Assembly (NCBI GenBank): GCA_963664375.1
Contig: OY761449.1
Location: forward strand, 1,867,087 to 1,931,086
Source: Dehalococcoidia bacterium
GTDB lineage: Bacteria > Chloroflexota > Dehalococcoidia > Lucifugimonadales > UBA3495
Reading direction: 5' to 3'
DNA length: 64,000 nt
The notes under the pieces are model-generated. The model saw only the letters and a list, made by a program, of their open reading frames with translations, was not told the origin of the DNA and did no database searches. The stretch's first letter is position 1. Each line of letters opens with the position of its first letter. A program made the translations under genes and the position numbers. This document shows, in pieces, positions 7,999 through 17,230 of this stretch.

Positions 7999-9111
7999 AT
8001 GGCCGAATTTACTGAAAAGCTGCAAGAGTCGATGCTGCCCCACATCCGGGGTCTCGGCATCTACCAGGGCGTCGAGCCGGTGGAGGTCATGGCGGAGCGC
8101 GCTGGCATCCCGCAGGACAGGATTATCAGGCTGAACGGCAACGAGAACCCCTATGGCGCCTCGCCGGTAGTCGCCGAGGCCCTGGCCAGCTTCCCCAATT
8201 TCAACCACTACCCGGACCCGGAGCAGCGGCAGTTGCGGGAGGCCCTGTCGGGGTACGTGGGCGTCGAGCCGGAGCGAATCATCGCCGGGAACGGCAGCGA
8301 CGAACTTATCGACATGCTGTTCCGTATGTTCGTCGGCCCTGGGGACAACATCATCAACCTCACCCCTACCTTCGGGATGTACTCGATTGGGGCGGAAATC
8401 TGCGGCGGGCAGGCCATATCGGTGCCCCGCGACGAGAATTTCGATATTGACCTCGAAGGCATCAAGCTGGCTATCACCCAGCGCACCAAGGCCATCGTAG
8501 TCTGCTCGCCCAACAACCCCACCGGCAACATGCCCAGCGGGGCGGAAGTCAGGGCGCTGCTGGACACTGGCATACTGGTCATAGTCGACGAGGCCTACTA
8601 CGAGTTCAACGGCAACACCCTGTTGCCGCTGCTTGACGAGTATCCCAACCTGGTCGTGCTGCGAACGTTCAGCAAGTGGGCCGGACTGGCCGGGTTGCGC
8701 ATCGGGCTGGGCGCAATGCACCCAGACCTGGCCGGGATGATGATGTCGGTCAAGCCCCCTTACAACGTCAACCTGGCCGCAGAGGTGGCGCTGATCGCGT
8801 CGCTCAAGGACATGTCGGCGCTGCTGGAGCGGGTCAACGCCATAGTCGCCGAACGCCAGCGGATGATCGGGCTGTTGGAGGCCATCCCCACGGTCAAGCC
8901 CTATCCGTCGAAAGCGAACTTCATCCTCTGCCAGTTGCCGGAGGGAACGGGGCCGCAGGTGTTCGAAGGATTGTGCAACCGCGGAATCTTCCTGCGCCAC
9001 TGGAGCAATCCCCGGCTGATCGACTGTGTTCGCACCTCCGTAGGCTTCCCCGAGGAAAATGACGCTGTGGCGGCCGCCTTGGCCGAACTCACGGAGTCCC
9101 CTCTCCCTTGA
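7999..9111 (+). CDS. hisC: histidinol-phosphate aminotransferase
   Basis: LNGNENPYG, SPNNPTGN and RTFSKWAGLAGLRIG (PLP lysine). ATG 7999 has a GAGGAA RBS; ATG 7954 is an alternative. The stop codon lies in the loop of a REP-A copy. Confidence 0.85.
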   Translation: MAEFTEKLQESMLPHIRGLGIYQGVEPVEVMAERAGIPQDRIIRLNGNENPYGASPVVAEALASFPNFNHYPDPEQRQLREALSGYVGVEPERIIAGNGSDELIDMLFRMFVGPGDNIINLTPTFGMYSIGAEICGGQAISVPRDENFDIDLEGIKLAITQRTKAIVVCSPNNPTGNMPSGAEVRALLDTGILVIVDEAYYEFNGNTLLPLLDEYPNLVVLRTFSKWAGLAGLRIGLGAMHPDLAGMMMSVKPPYNVNLAAEVALIASLKDMSALLERVNAIVAERQRMIGLLEAIPTVKPYPSKANFILCQLPEGTGPQVFEGLCNRGIFLRHWSNPRLIDCVRTSVGFPEENDAVAAALAELTESPLP

Positions 9112-9136
9112 GGGAAAGGGTGAGGGTGAGGGTGAA
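9098..9136 (+). repeat. REP-A copy 4 (variant tail)
   Basis: CCCCTCTCCC-TTGA-GGGAAAGGG-TGAGGGTGAGGGTGAA. The hisC TGA stop is in the loop. Confidence 0.85.
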
Positions 9137-9142
9137 ATCCTG

Positions 9143-9772
9143 ATGACAGACGTTTCGAATCCCCCCGCCGTCCCGGAAGGTCGCGTCGCCAAGTTGCACC
9201 GCACCACCGGCGAGACCGACATCCGCCTTGCCATCGACCTGGACGGCACCGGCGTTTACGACGTCGATACCGGCAACGGATTCCTTGACCACATGGTCAG
9301 CCAGATTTCCCGGCACGGGCTGATTGACATCACCCTGCATGCCAAGGGCGACCTGCACACCGGCTGGCACCACCTGGTCGAGGACGTAGGCATCACGCTG
9401 GGCCGGGCGCTGAACGAGGCCATCGGCGACGCTCGGGGAATCCGCCGCATGGGGCACGCCATCGTCCCGCTGGACGAGACACTGGCGATGGTGGCGCTGG
9501 ACTGCTCGGGACGCGGCTACGCGGTCATCGAGACGACCATCGACGACTCGATGGTGGAGACGCTGCCCGGTTCGCTGGTGCGGCACTTTTTCGAGTCCAT
9601 CGCGCTGGAGGGCAAGATCAACCTTCACGCGCGGATAATCACCGGCATCGACCCGCATCACAAAGCCGAGGCGCTGTGCAAGGCCACAGCCCGCGCCCTG
9701 CGCGACGCGCTGGAACCCGACCCGCGCTCCCCCCACGCAGTCCCCAGCACCAAGGGCACCCTGAGCGGCTAG
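9143..9772 (+). CDS. hisB: imidazoleglycerol-phosphate dehydratase (monofunctional)
   Basis: RTTGETDIRLAIDLDG, GNGFLDHM and GIDPHHKAEALCKATARAL. The 9059 start in the ORF track would translate a REP-A copy, so ATG 9143 is preferred. Confidence 0.85.
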   Translation: MTDVSNPPAVPEGRVAKLHRTTGETDIRLAIDLDGTGVYDVDTGNGFLDHMVSQISRHGLIDITLHAKGDLHTGWHHLVEDVGITLGRALNEAIGDARGIRRMGHAIVPLDETLAMVALDCSGRGYAVIETTIDDSMVETLPGSLVRHFFESIALEGKINLHARIITGIDPHHKAEALCKATARALRDALEPDPRSPHAVPSTKGTLSG

Positions 9773-9804
9773 GCCGCCTTAAAGTCGGTAACGGGCGGAA
9801 CAGC

Positions 9805-10149
9805 TCAGACGTATCGAATCTGGTTTTCCCATTCGCCTTCCAGGCTGGCCCCAATCATTTCCAGCGAGCCTTCTATGGCTTGGCCTATGGGCATATTCCA
9901 ATGCACAACGACAACTCCCGGCATTGGCAAACCGGCTCTAAGCCGCGCGTTGGCGTCCCTTGTCATGGTGCGCTTGTCGTGGGTCAACAATACGCGACCC
10001 TCTTGGGCTGCCCATTCCAGAATGTCCGGGTCCGTTGCTCCACTCAAACCCACGTCCTGAACTCGGACTATGGCAACGGTAGGGTCGCGCGACAATATCC
10101 CACGGGTAATATCCCGCTTGAACCCTTCGTCTGCAATAAAGGGTGGCAT
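9805..10149 (-). CDS. DUF5615 (Mut7-C/PIN-like) putative toxin
   Basis: FIADEGF...DPDILEWAAQEGRVLLTHDKRTM pattern of DUF5615 proteins. Lies 4 nt downstream of a DUF433 gene. Confidence 0.7.
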   Translation of the reverse strand: MPPFIADEGFKRDITRGILSRDPTVAIVRVQDVGLSGATDPDILEWAAQEGRVLLTHDKRTMTRDANARLRAGLPMPGVVVVHWNMPIGQAIEGSLEMIGASLEGEWENQIRYV

Positions 10150-10153
10150 CCTG

Positions 10154-10519
10154 CTACGCCGATTCCGTTGCTGCTTGTTGCTTCAACTCCTTTTGCCTGC
10201 GGAATTCCCTCACCCGGTCATAGAACTCGCGGGCGCCTGGCTGGGATTCTAGCTCTTCAACGAATCTGTCCCAGGCCTCGTCGCTCTCCCGCATATACTG
10301 GTCGACCTCCTCTTTCCGGTGTAGGTAGTAGCCTATGACGGAGTACACGTCGCCCAGGCTAACGACGTCGAAATTCCATTGGATTTCTTCAGGCGTATGC
10401 CCTTGCTGGTAGAGAGAGATTATCCCCTCCAGGGCCACCTTGGTATTCCCCACCCGGACATCGCCTTCCTCGATTTCCCGCAGAGGCACACGCTCTTCGT
10501 CGAAAGTCAGCTTTACCAT
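10154..10519 (-). CDS. DUF433 domain protein, putative antitoxin
   Basis: GNTKVALEGIISLYQQGHTPEEIQWNFDVVSLGDVYSVIGYY matches the DUF433 HTH-like core. ATG at 10519 is preferred over the longer ORF, which overlaps the crotonase gene. Confidence 0.7.
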   Translation of the reverse strand: MVKLTFDEERVPLREIEEGDVRVGNTKVALEGIISLYQQGHTPEEIQWNFDVVSLGDVYSVIGYYLHRKEEVDQYMRESDEAWDRFVEELESQPGAREFYDRVREFRRQKELKQQAATESA

Positions 10520-10557
10520 TTTCTTTCCCTCAATCTCCGGTCGCCGTAATCGTTTGT

Positions 10558-11334
10558 CTACAACTCCCGTCCGCGGCGGGCTATGAACTCCGGGAAGGCT
10601 TGCTCCACGCCGTAGCCCTTGACCCGGTTGGTGGTGTACTCCACCTCGTTTTCCCACATGCCCCGCAGGTCGGCGGCCTTGTCCTGCAACAGGATTTGCT
10701 TGATGCCGATCACCGACTCCGGGCGGTGCCCCGCGATGGTGGACGCAATCTCCATGGTCTTGTCCCGCAATCCGTCCGACGGGACCAGGTGGTTCAGCAG
10801 ACCCACCCGGTAGGCCTCCTCCGCCTCCACGACGCGCCCGGTAAACAGGAACTCCTTGGCGGTGGGCCAGCCTACCTGGTTGGTCAGCGTCCAGGTGCTG
10901 TTGATCCGGCCATAGGCAACCGCCAGGAACCGGAACCGGGTGTTCTCGCAGCCGATGCGCATGTCGAGGCAGGAGGCCAGCACCGCCCCGCCGCCGTAGG
11001 CCAGCCCGTTCATCATGCCGATGACCGGCTTGGGCGACGACGAAATGTCGTACATCCAGTTCTGGTATTGCAGCGAGTTTGCCTCCCGCTGTTCGTCGGT
11101 CAGCTCCCGCGCGTGCACCCGCTGTTCGTGGATGTCGCCCCCGGCGGAAAAGGCCCGCTCGCCCGCGCCGGTGATGACGATGCAGCCAACGCCCTCATCG
11201 TCGTTGCCCGACATCACGGCGTGGTGCAGTTCGCCGTCCAGCTTGTGGTTCATCGCGTTGAGAACTTCGGGGCGGTTCATCGTGACGATTTTCACGCGGT
11301 CTTGGATCTCCACCAGCAGGTGCTCGTATTCCAT
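10558..11334 (-). CDS. enoyl-CoA hydratase/isomerase family protein
   Basis: Crotonase fold: ITGAGERAFSAGGDI and GMMNGLAYGGGAVLASCLDMRI oxyanion-hole motifs. Confidence 0.85.
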   Translation of the reverse strand: MEYEHLLVEIQDRVKIVTMNRPEVLNAMNHKLDGELHHAVMSGNDDEGVGCIVITGAGERAFSAGGDIHEQRVHARELTDEQREANSLQYQNWMYDISSSPKPVIGMMNGLAYGGGAVLASCLDMRIGCENTRFRFLAVAYGRINSTWTLTNQVGWPTAKEFLFTGRVVEAEEAYRVGLLNHLVPSDGLRDKTMEIASTIAGHRPESVIGIKQILLQDKAADLRGMWENEVEYTTNRVKGYGVEQAFPEFIARRGREL

Positions 11335-11484
11335 CAGTGTCTCCTCCGGGCTGAACGCCGCAGTCTTATATCGGTCTGAATTGTATGGATTAAGCGCGTT
11401 TAGTGCAAAGCAGGCAGGGGCACGTAGGCAGTGTGTTAAACTGCGGAACGATTTAACCTTGATTTATCCAGGGAGGCAACCGCG

Positions 11485-13179
11485 TTGGCCCAGCGACTGA
11501 AGGCAGGCGAGGCAGTAATCGAGCTGCTGAAACAGGAGGGCGTGTCCCACATCTTCGGTATCGTGGGATCGTCATTCCTGGACATTCTTGACCCCCTGTA
11601 CGACCGCGAGGATATGCGGTTCGTCGGGGTGCGGCACGAGCAAGGGGCCGCCCTGATGGCCGACGGGTTCAGCCGCATTTCCGGTTCCCCCAGCGTGTGC
11701 CTCGCCACCAACGGCCCGGGCGTGCTGAACCTGACCTACGGCATCGGGTCGGCCTACGTCGCGCACTCGCCGGTCGTGGTCATCGCTCCCTCCGCCTCCC
11801 GCCGCGACCAGCATCGCAACTCGACGCAGGAATTTGACCAGGTCGCGCTGTTCAAGCCCATAACCAAGGCGGCCTTCCCGATCAACCGCATTGACCGCCT
11901 GCCCGATGCCCTGCGACACGCCTTCCGCGTCGCCACGTCCGGCAAGATGGGGCCGGTGCTGCTGGACATACCCCGCGATCTGCTGCCCGGCGCCGAGGTC
12001 GAACTGGAACTGCTGCCCCCCGATGCTTACCGTGCCGGTCAAACCCGCGCTAGGGGCGACCTTGGCCTCGTCCAGCGTGCCGCCGACGTTCTGGCCTCAG
12101 CTCAGCGTCCGGTCATCCTGGCTGGCGGCGGGGTGCAGTGGAGCAACGCCGGCGACGACGTGTGCCGCCTGGCCGAACTAACCGGCGCCCCCATCGTGAC
12201 CTCCTACGGACGGGCCGACGCCGTGCCATCCGATCACCACAACTTCCTCGGCCATCTGGGTCGGCTCGGCTCCGCCGAGGGCATCGAGGCCGTCCGGGAG
12301 GCCGACGTTATCCTTGCCGTTGGTACAAGGCTGGGCCAGTCCACCACCTTCTATGACCACCGTTACATACCGGCCGATGCCCGTATTATCCAGGTCGAAA
12401 TCGACCCGGAGGAGATCGGCCGCAACTACCCGGTGACCGTCGGCATCGAGGGCGACGCCGGGGCCGTATCGAGGGAGCTGCTGGAGGTTCTCCGGCAAAG
12501 GGAGCCGCGAGTCAACTCCCAATGGGCCGAAGAGGTCAGGAGCTGGAAGGCCCGGCGGGCCGACCGCCTGCGCGGAGAGGAACGGCTGGACAGCCTGCCC
12601 ATGAAGCCGCAGCGAGTCTACGCCGAACTGCGCAAGGTTATGCCCCGTGACGCCATCGTGGCCCTAGACGCCGGGCTGGCGCCCAACTTCGGCCAGGACC
12701 GCTTGGACTTCCACCAGCCTCGCAGCCTGATGACATCGCTTGACCTGGGCGGTCTGGGGTTCAGCTTCCCCGCCGCCTTGGGCGCCCAGTTCGCCGCGCC
12801 GGACCGGCCGGTGGTCAACTTCAACGGCGACGGCGGCTTCCTGTTCAACGCCCAGGAGTTTGCCACCGCCGTGGACTACAACCTGCCCGTGGTCACCGTG
12901 ATCATGAACAACGGAAGCTGGGGGTCGGAGAAGGCCTACCAGCGCTTTGCCTTTAACGAACGCTACGTTGGCGCCGATACGTTGAACCCGCGCTACGACA
13001 AGTATGCGGAGCTGTTCGGCGGAGTTGGCTACTACGTGGAACGCCCCGAAGACGTCGGCAACGCCATGCTGGAGGCCCTGAACGCTGGCAGGCCCAGCAT
13101 CATAGAGATACCCATTGACCCCGACGAACTGCCGCGTCCGGCCCGTCTCGCCGACGTGCAGGCCCCACCTCAATCCTGA
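11485..13179 (+). CDS. thiamine-diphosphate-dependent enzyme (acetolactate synthase / sulfoacetaldehyde acetyltransferase-like)
   Basis: N-terminal PYR domain (HIFGIVGSSFLDILD, VRHEQGAALMADGF). C-terminal GDGGFLFNAQEF...VIMNNGSWG ThDP-binding motif. Confidence 0.8.
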   Translation: MAQRLKAGEAVIELLKQEGVSHIFGIVGSSFLDILDPLYDREDMRFVGVRHEQGAALMADGFSRISGSPSVCLATNGPGVLNLTYGIGSAYVAHSPVVVIAPSASRRDQHRNSTQEFDQVALFKPITKAAFPINRIDRLPDALRHAFRVATSGKMGPVLLDIPRDLLPGAEVELELLPPDAYRAGQTRARGDLGLVQRAADVLASAQRPVILAGGGVQWSNAGDDVCRLAELTGAPIVTSYGRADAVPSDHHNFLGHLGRLGSAEGIEAVREADVILAVGTRLGQSTTFYDHRYIPADARIIQVEIDPEEIGRNYPVTVGIEGDAGAVSRELLEVLRQREPRVNSQWAEEVRSWKARRADRLRGEERLDSLPMKPQRVYAELRKVMPRDAIVALDAGLAPNFGQDRLDFHQPRSLMTSLDLGGLGFSFPAALGAQFAAPDRPVVNFNGDGGFLFNAQEFATAVDYNLPVVTVIMNNGSWGSEKAYQRFAFNERYVGADTLNPRYDKYAELFGGVGYYVERPEDVGNAMLEALNAGRPSIIEIPIDPDELPRPARLADVQAPPQS

Positions 13180-13258
13180 TCTGCCAGCCGGTATGACCGA
13201 GCCGATCCGGACCGCTGCGGTTGAATGACTCGATTTCACCCTTTGCCTTGGTGATGAA

Positions 13259-13606
13259 TTGACGCAAGAGCGGATATTCCCAAACGACATCAGCCTGGAC
13301 GACAACGCCATCGTTATCCTCTGGGATGACGGCCATCGTAGCCCGTATCCCCACAGGTACCTGCGCCTGCGCTGTCCCTGCGCCAGTTGCGTGGAGGAGA
13401 TGACGGGCCGTCCCATCCTCGATCCCGAGTCGGTGCCAGCAGGCGTCAAGGCCATCGACCACCTGCCAGTGGGCAACTACGGCGTGCAGTTTCTATGGGA
13501 CGACGCCCATTACACCGGCATCTACACCTACCGGGCGCTGCGGGCCAACTGCACCTGTATCGTATGCAACGAGGCCCGCGCCGAGGCGGCCGCGGAGGGC
13601 GGCTAG
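13259..13606 (+). CDS. DUF971 domain protein
   Basis: ILWDDGHRSPYPHRYLRLRCPCASC...GNYGVQFLWDDAHYTGIYTY is the DUF971 pattern (gamma-butyrobetaine hydroxylase-like N-terminal domain). TTG start is uncertain. Confidence 0.65.
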   Translation: MTQERIFPNDISLDDNAIVILWDDGHRSPYPHRYLRLRCPCASCVEEMTGRPILDPESVPAGVKAIDHLPVGNYGVQFLWDDAHYTGIYTYRALRANCTCIVCNEARAEAAAEGG

Positions 13607-13830
13607 GCGGCGTCGGAGGGCGTCTCAGGCCGGGAACGCATGGGCTGTTCCAGCGATGCCCGGAACTTGGGCGCGGTGAAAGTGTTGGACTTGAAGGCAA
13701 AGTTCGACAACTGGCGCTGTGCCGGTTCGTCGCACTGGCTGCATGGCGCAGTCTCGTTGGATCTGGAAACGGGGCGTATCAGATCAAATTCGTGGTCGCA
13801 CTTCGAGCAATAGTATTCGTAAATTGGCAT
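13603..13830 (-). CDS. FmdB-family zinc-ribbon protein
   Basis: MPIYEYYCSKCDHEFD...APCSQCDEPAQRQ is the CxxC...CxxC FmdB/CxxC_CxxC_SSSS signature. ATG at 13830. Confidence 0.75.
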   Translation of the reverse strand: MPIYEYYCSKCDHEFDLIRPVSRSNETAPCSQCDEPAQRQLSNFAFKSNTFTAPKFRASLEQPMRSRPETPSDAA

Positions 13831-13932
13831 AGGTATACTCCCGGCAGATAGTTCGCGTTCCATTCTATCCTGCCCCGTCCGGCTGCGCCATGCGACCCGG
13901 CGAGGGGCACAAATTGTAACGGAAGAATTGAA

Positions 13933-15060
13933 ATGCCCGAATCGACAGACGTGGCCATCATCGGCGGAGGCGCGGCCGGTTGCGCCGTGGCCTACTACCT
14001 TGGAGAGGCCGGAATCGCCAGCACAATCATTGAGCGCGAAGGCGTGGGCTCCCAGGCGTCGGGGTACGCCGCCGGAGGGTTAAATCCCCTGACCGGCACC
14101 GGCATTCCGGGGCCGCTGGCCGACTTCGCCTGGGAGTCGTTCCAACTGCACTTGGGACTCTATCCAAGGCTTAATACGCTCACCGAAATCGACTATCAGC
14201 TCCGCGAAGTCTCGGAGGTGATGCTGACGTTCGACGATTCCGGTGTGGCAGAGTTGCAGGACATCGCGGCAAGGTTCACTGCAACCGACGGCTTCAGCGC
14301 ATCCATTGCCGACGAGTCCGAGGTTCGCCATCTGGAACCGAGGATTACCGCCAAATTCGTAAGCGCAGTGTGTAAGGCGGGAAACTACGCTTTGGACAGC
14401 CAGGCTTTCACCCTCGCACTCTCAGCAGCCGCGCAAGCCTCCGGAGCCACCTTGCGCCCGGGAACAGTGCGGGGGCTGGAAAAGCGCGGCGGTCACGTCA
14501 CTCGCGTTCTGCTGGAGGACGGCGAAATCGACTGCGGCCAGGTCGTCCTGGCCATGGGCCCCTGGTCCCGCCGGGCTGAGGACTGGCTGGACACCTATAT
14601 CCCCGTCGATCCTCTCAAAGGTGAGATCTTGCGCATGCGCCTGGCGGGAGAACCGTTGCAGCACGACGTGTCCGGCGGGGGCGCAAGCATCTACTCCAAG
14701 CCCGACGGCCTGGCCTGGTGCGGCACGACGGAGGACTGGCGCGGGTTCGACCGGCAACCCCTGCCCGAAACCCGCGATCGCATACTGGCCAGCGTCAAGC
14801 GCATTCTCCCGTCGATAGCCGATGCCAGCGTCGAAATGCACACCGCCTGCCTGCGCCCGGTAACGCCCGACTGGTTGCCCATCATCGGCCGCGTCCAGGG
14901 CTACGAAAACGCCTGGCTGGCCACCGGCGCAGGCAAGAAAGGCATCCTGCTCGCCCCCGGATTCGGCAAGTCGGTCGCCGACATGATTACCAAGTCAGAG
15001 ACAAACCTCTCCGTTCAGGGCTATGCACCGCAGCGGTTCGCCTCGTGGGGAGCGATTTGA
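13933..15060 (+). CDS. FAD-dependent oxidoreductase (DAO family)
   Basis: DVAIIGGGAAGCAVAYYL dinucleotide-binding motif. Length and C-terminal GAGKKGILLAPGFG are typical of glycine/D-amino-acid oxidase-like enzymes. Confidence 0.8.
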   Translation: MPESTDVAIIGGGAAGCAVAYYLGEAGIASTIIEREGVGSQASGYAAGGLNPLTGTGIPGPLADFAWESFQLHLGLYPRLNTLTEIDYQLREVSEVMLTFDDSGVAELQDIAARFTATDGFSASIADESEVRHLEPRITAKFVSAVCKAGNYALDSQAFTLALSAAAQASGATLRPGTVRGLEKRGGHVTRVLLEDGEIDCGQVVLAMGPWSRRAEDWLDTYIPVDPLKGEILRMRLAGEPLQHDVSGGGASIYSKPDGLAWCGTTEDWRGFDRQPLPETRDRILASVKRILPSIADASVEMHTACLRPVTPDWLPIIGRVQGYENAWLATGAGKKGILLAPGFGKSVADMITKSETNLSVQGYAPQRFASWGAI

Positions 15061-15108
15061 GTCTATCTTTGCCGTATCTCCTCGTTATCCTCACCTGGAG
15101 GCCCAAAG

Positions 15109-15924
15109 ATGACCACAAAGAGGAAAATTACCAACGCCTGGATTAACCGGACGCTCCCCGACATCTTCTACGAAGAGCCGGATGGGCCCGCTGGCGCCGA
15201 GGATGGTATGCAGCAGGAACTGCCTATTGACATCATCAAAGGCTCGCTGCGGGAACGCTACCGGGCCCGCGAGGACGTATTCGTTTCCAACCTGGTCTTC
15301 GTGTCCTACGACAGAACCAACGGCAACGCCCGCGTGCATCCCGACCTGTTTATCGCCTTCGATGTTGACGCGGCGGCCATCCGTGAGAACCTGCCCAACT
15401 TCTGGATATGGGAGACTGGGAAAGTACCGGATTTCGTTATGGAAGTGGCATCGCCCAGCACGGCAGGCAATGACCGGGGGCGGAAGCGCGACCTGTACGC
15501 CCGCTTGGGCGTAACCGAATACTGGCGGTTCGACCCAACGGGCGGAGACCTGTACGGCCAACCGCTCATTGGCGAACGGCTGTCCGGCGGCGAGTACGTG
15601 CCTTTTGAACTTGACGCCCGCCCCGGCAGCTTCTCCCGAGCGCACAGCGACCTGCTGGATGTTGATTTCTATTGGGACAGCGCAACAGGCTTTAACGTGC
15701 TTGACCCGGCGACGGGGAAGACGATATTTCCCCCGGTAGCGGAACGGGAAGCCCGCCAGGCGTCCGAAACGCAGCGCGACGAGGCCCAGGCCCACGCCCG
15801 GCAGGCCGAGACCCGGGCCCAGCAAGCCGAAATGCAACGCGACGAGGCCCAGGCCCGCGCCGCAGACGCGGAAGCCGAAGCCGCCCGTCTGCGCGAGAGA
15901 TTGCGCCAGCTCAAGAACCAATAG
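15109..15924 (+). CDS. Uma2 (DUF820) family PD-(D/E)xK endonuclease with C-terminal coiled-coil tail
   Basis: HPDLFIAFDVD...VPDFVMEVASPST...RDLYARLGVTEYWRFDP core. The tail has repeated QRDEAQA heptad-like units. Confidence 0.75.
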   Translation: MTTKRKITNAWINRTLPDIFYEEPDGPAGAEDGMQQELPIDIIKGSLRERYRAREDVFVSNLVFVSYDRTNGNARVHPDLFIAFDVDAAAIRENLPNFWIWETGKVPDFVMEVASPSTAGNDRGRKRDLYARLGVTEYWRFDPTGGDLYGQPLIGERLSGGEYVPFELDARPGSFSRAHSDLLDVDFYWDSATGFNVLDPATGKTIFPPVAEREARQASETQRDEAQAHARQAETRAQQAEMQRDEAQARAADAEAEAARLRERLRQLKNQ

Positions 15925-15993
15925 CGTGGCCGATGACTGTTTGCATAGCTTAATTCGACCCCTTCAGCGCCATAAACCGTAAGGAGCATCCCA

Positions 15994-17040
15994 ATGCCCC
16001 TGGGATGGGCAATCGTGGGCATCGGCTCTCACGCCGACCTCAAAATAGCGCCGGCCATGAAGCTGGCCGATGACGCCCGGCTGGTGGCGGTATACAGCCG
16101 TGACCAGGGCCGGGCCGACGCCTTTGCCGAAAAGCACGGAGCCGATGCTGCCTACGGCGACCTCGACTCGCTGCTGGCCGATTCCCGTATTGACGCGGTC
16201 TTCATCGCCTCTCCCAACCACCTGCACGCGCCGCAGACCATCCGCGCCGCCGCCGCGGGCAAGCACGTCCTGGCCGAAAAACCCATGGCCAATTCCGTTA
16301 CCGACGCCGCTGCCATGGTGTCCGCCTGCCGGGACCACGGTGTCAATCTCGGCATGGGATTCGAGTTGCGCTTTCACCCGGCGCACCTCTGGGCCCGGCG
16401 GCTAGTCGACGAGGGCGCCATCGGGCGCATCCGCCTGGCCCACGGGCAGTGGGGACGCGGCAACCGCGGCGAGCCGGAGCACCTGCCCCGCACTGGCCTG
16501 CGGCAGTGGTGGGAGACCCCGGAACTCATCGGCGACGCCTCGGTGCTGGTGGGACTCGGCGTCCACGTCTTCGACCTGTTCCGCTTCCTGCTGCGGGAGG
16601 AGGTCGTCGAGGTCATGGCCATGACCGACGGCCAGACCGCCCAACAACCGCTGGAGCACATCGCCACCATCGCCCTGCGCATGCGCAGCGGTACCATCGC
16701 TCAGGTCATGTGCGGCCGGATGTTGCCCGACACCCAGAACGACCTGGCCCTGTACGGCTCCGACGGCCGCTTCGCCACCAAGGAGACCGTCTGGGAAGCC
16801 CGACTGGGGCGGGCTGAGGTGGTGAGCGCCACGGTCAACGACAGCGAAGCCTATGAGTACGACTACCTGGCTAATTTCGTGGCCGAACTGAACGACTTTC
16901 GCGATGCCCTGGAGTCCGACCGGGATCCGTCGGCGACGGGCGAAGACGGCCTGAAGGCAACGCAGATCACAGCCGCCGCCATCGAGTCCGCCAAGACCGG
17001 CAAAGTGGTGAAAATCCAGGAGCGAGTCCATACCCACTAA
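15994..17040 (+). CDS. Gfo/Idh/MocA family oxidoreductase
   Basis: WAIVGIGSHA Rossmann start, IASPNHLHAPQ and AGKHVLAEKPMA signature. Confidence 0.85.
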   Translation: MPLGWAIVGIGSHADLKIAPAMKLADDARLVAVYSRDQGRADAFAEKHGADAAYGDLDSLLADSRIDAVFIASPNHLHAPQTIRAAAAGKHVLAEKPMANSVTDAAAMVSACRDHGVNLGMGFELRFHPAHLWARRLVDEGAIGRIRLAHGQWGRGNRGEPEHLPRTGLRQWWETPELIGDASVLVGLGVHVFDLFRFLLREEVVEVMAMTDGQTAQQPLEHIATIALRMRSGTIAQVMCGRMLPDTQNDLALYGSDGRFATKETVWEARLGRAEVVSATVNDSEAYEYDYLANFVAELNDFRDALESDRDPSATGEDGLKATQITAAAIESAKTGKVVKIQERVHTH

Positions 17041-17073
17041 CAGACTGCCGTCCCTGAAGTGAAGGGCATCCCA

Positions 17074-17140
17074 GGGCAACCACAAGGGTTGCCCCTACCT
17101 CCCGGCGGCTGTACCGTAGGGGCGCCCCTTGTGGGCGCCC
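17074..17140. repeat. REP-C inverted pair
   Basis: GGGCAACCACAAGGGTTGCCCCTAC, a 17-nt spacer, then GTAGGGGCGCCCCTTGTGGGCGCCC. Each unit is itself a hairpin. Confidence 0.8.
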
Positions 17141-17230
17141 TTGCCATATCAGACAGCCAACACGCGGCTACTCCTTACGGCAACGAATTCGCTTTACCAA
17201 CCACAAACACGAAGCAAGGATGAAAGCCCT

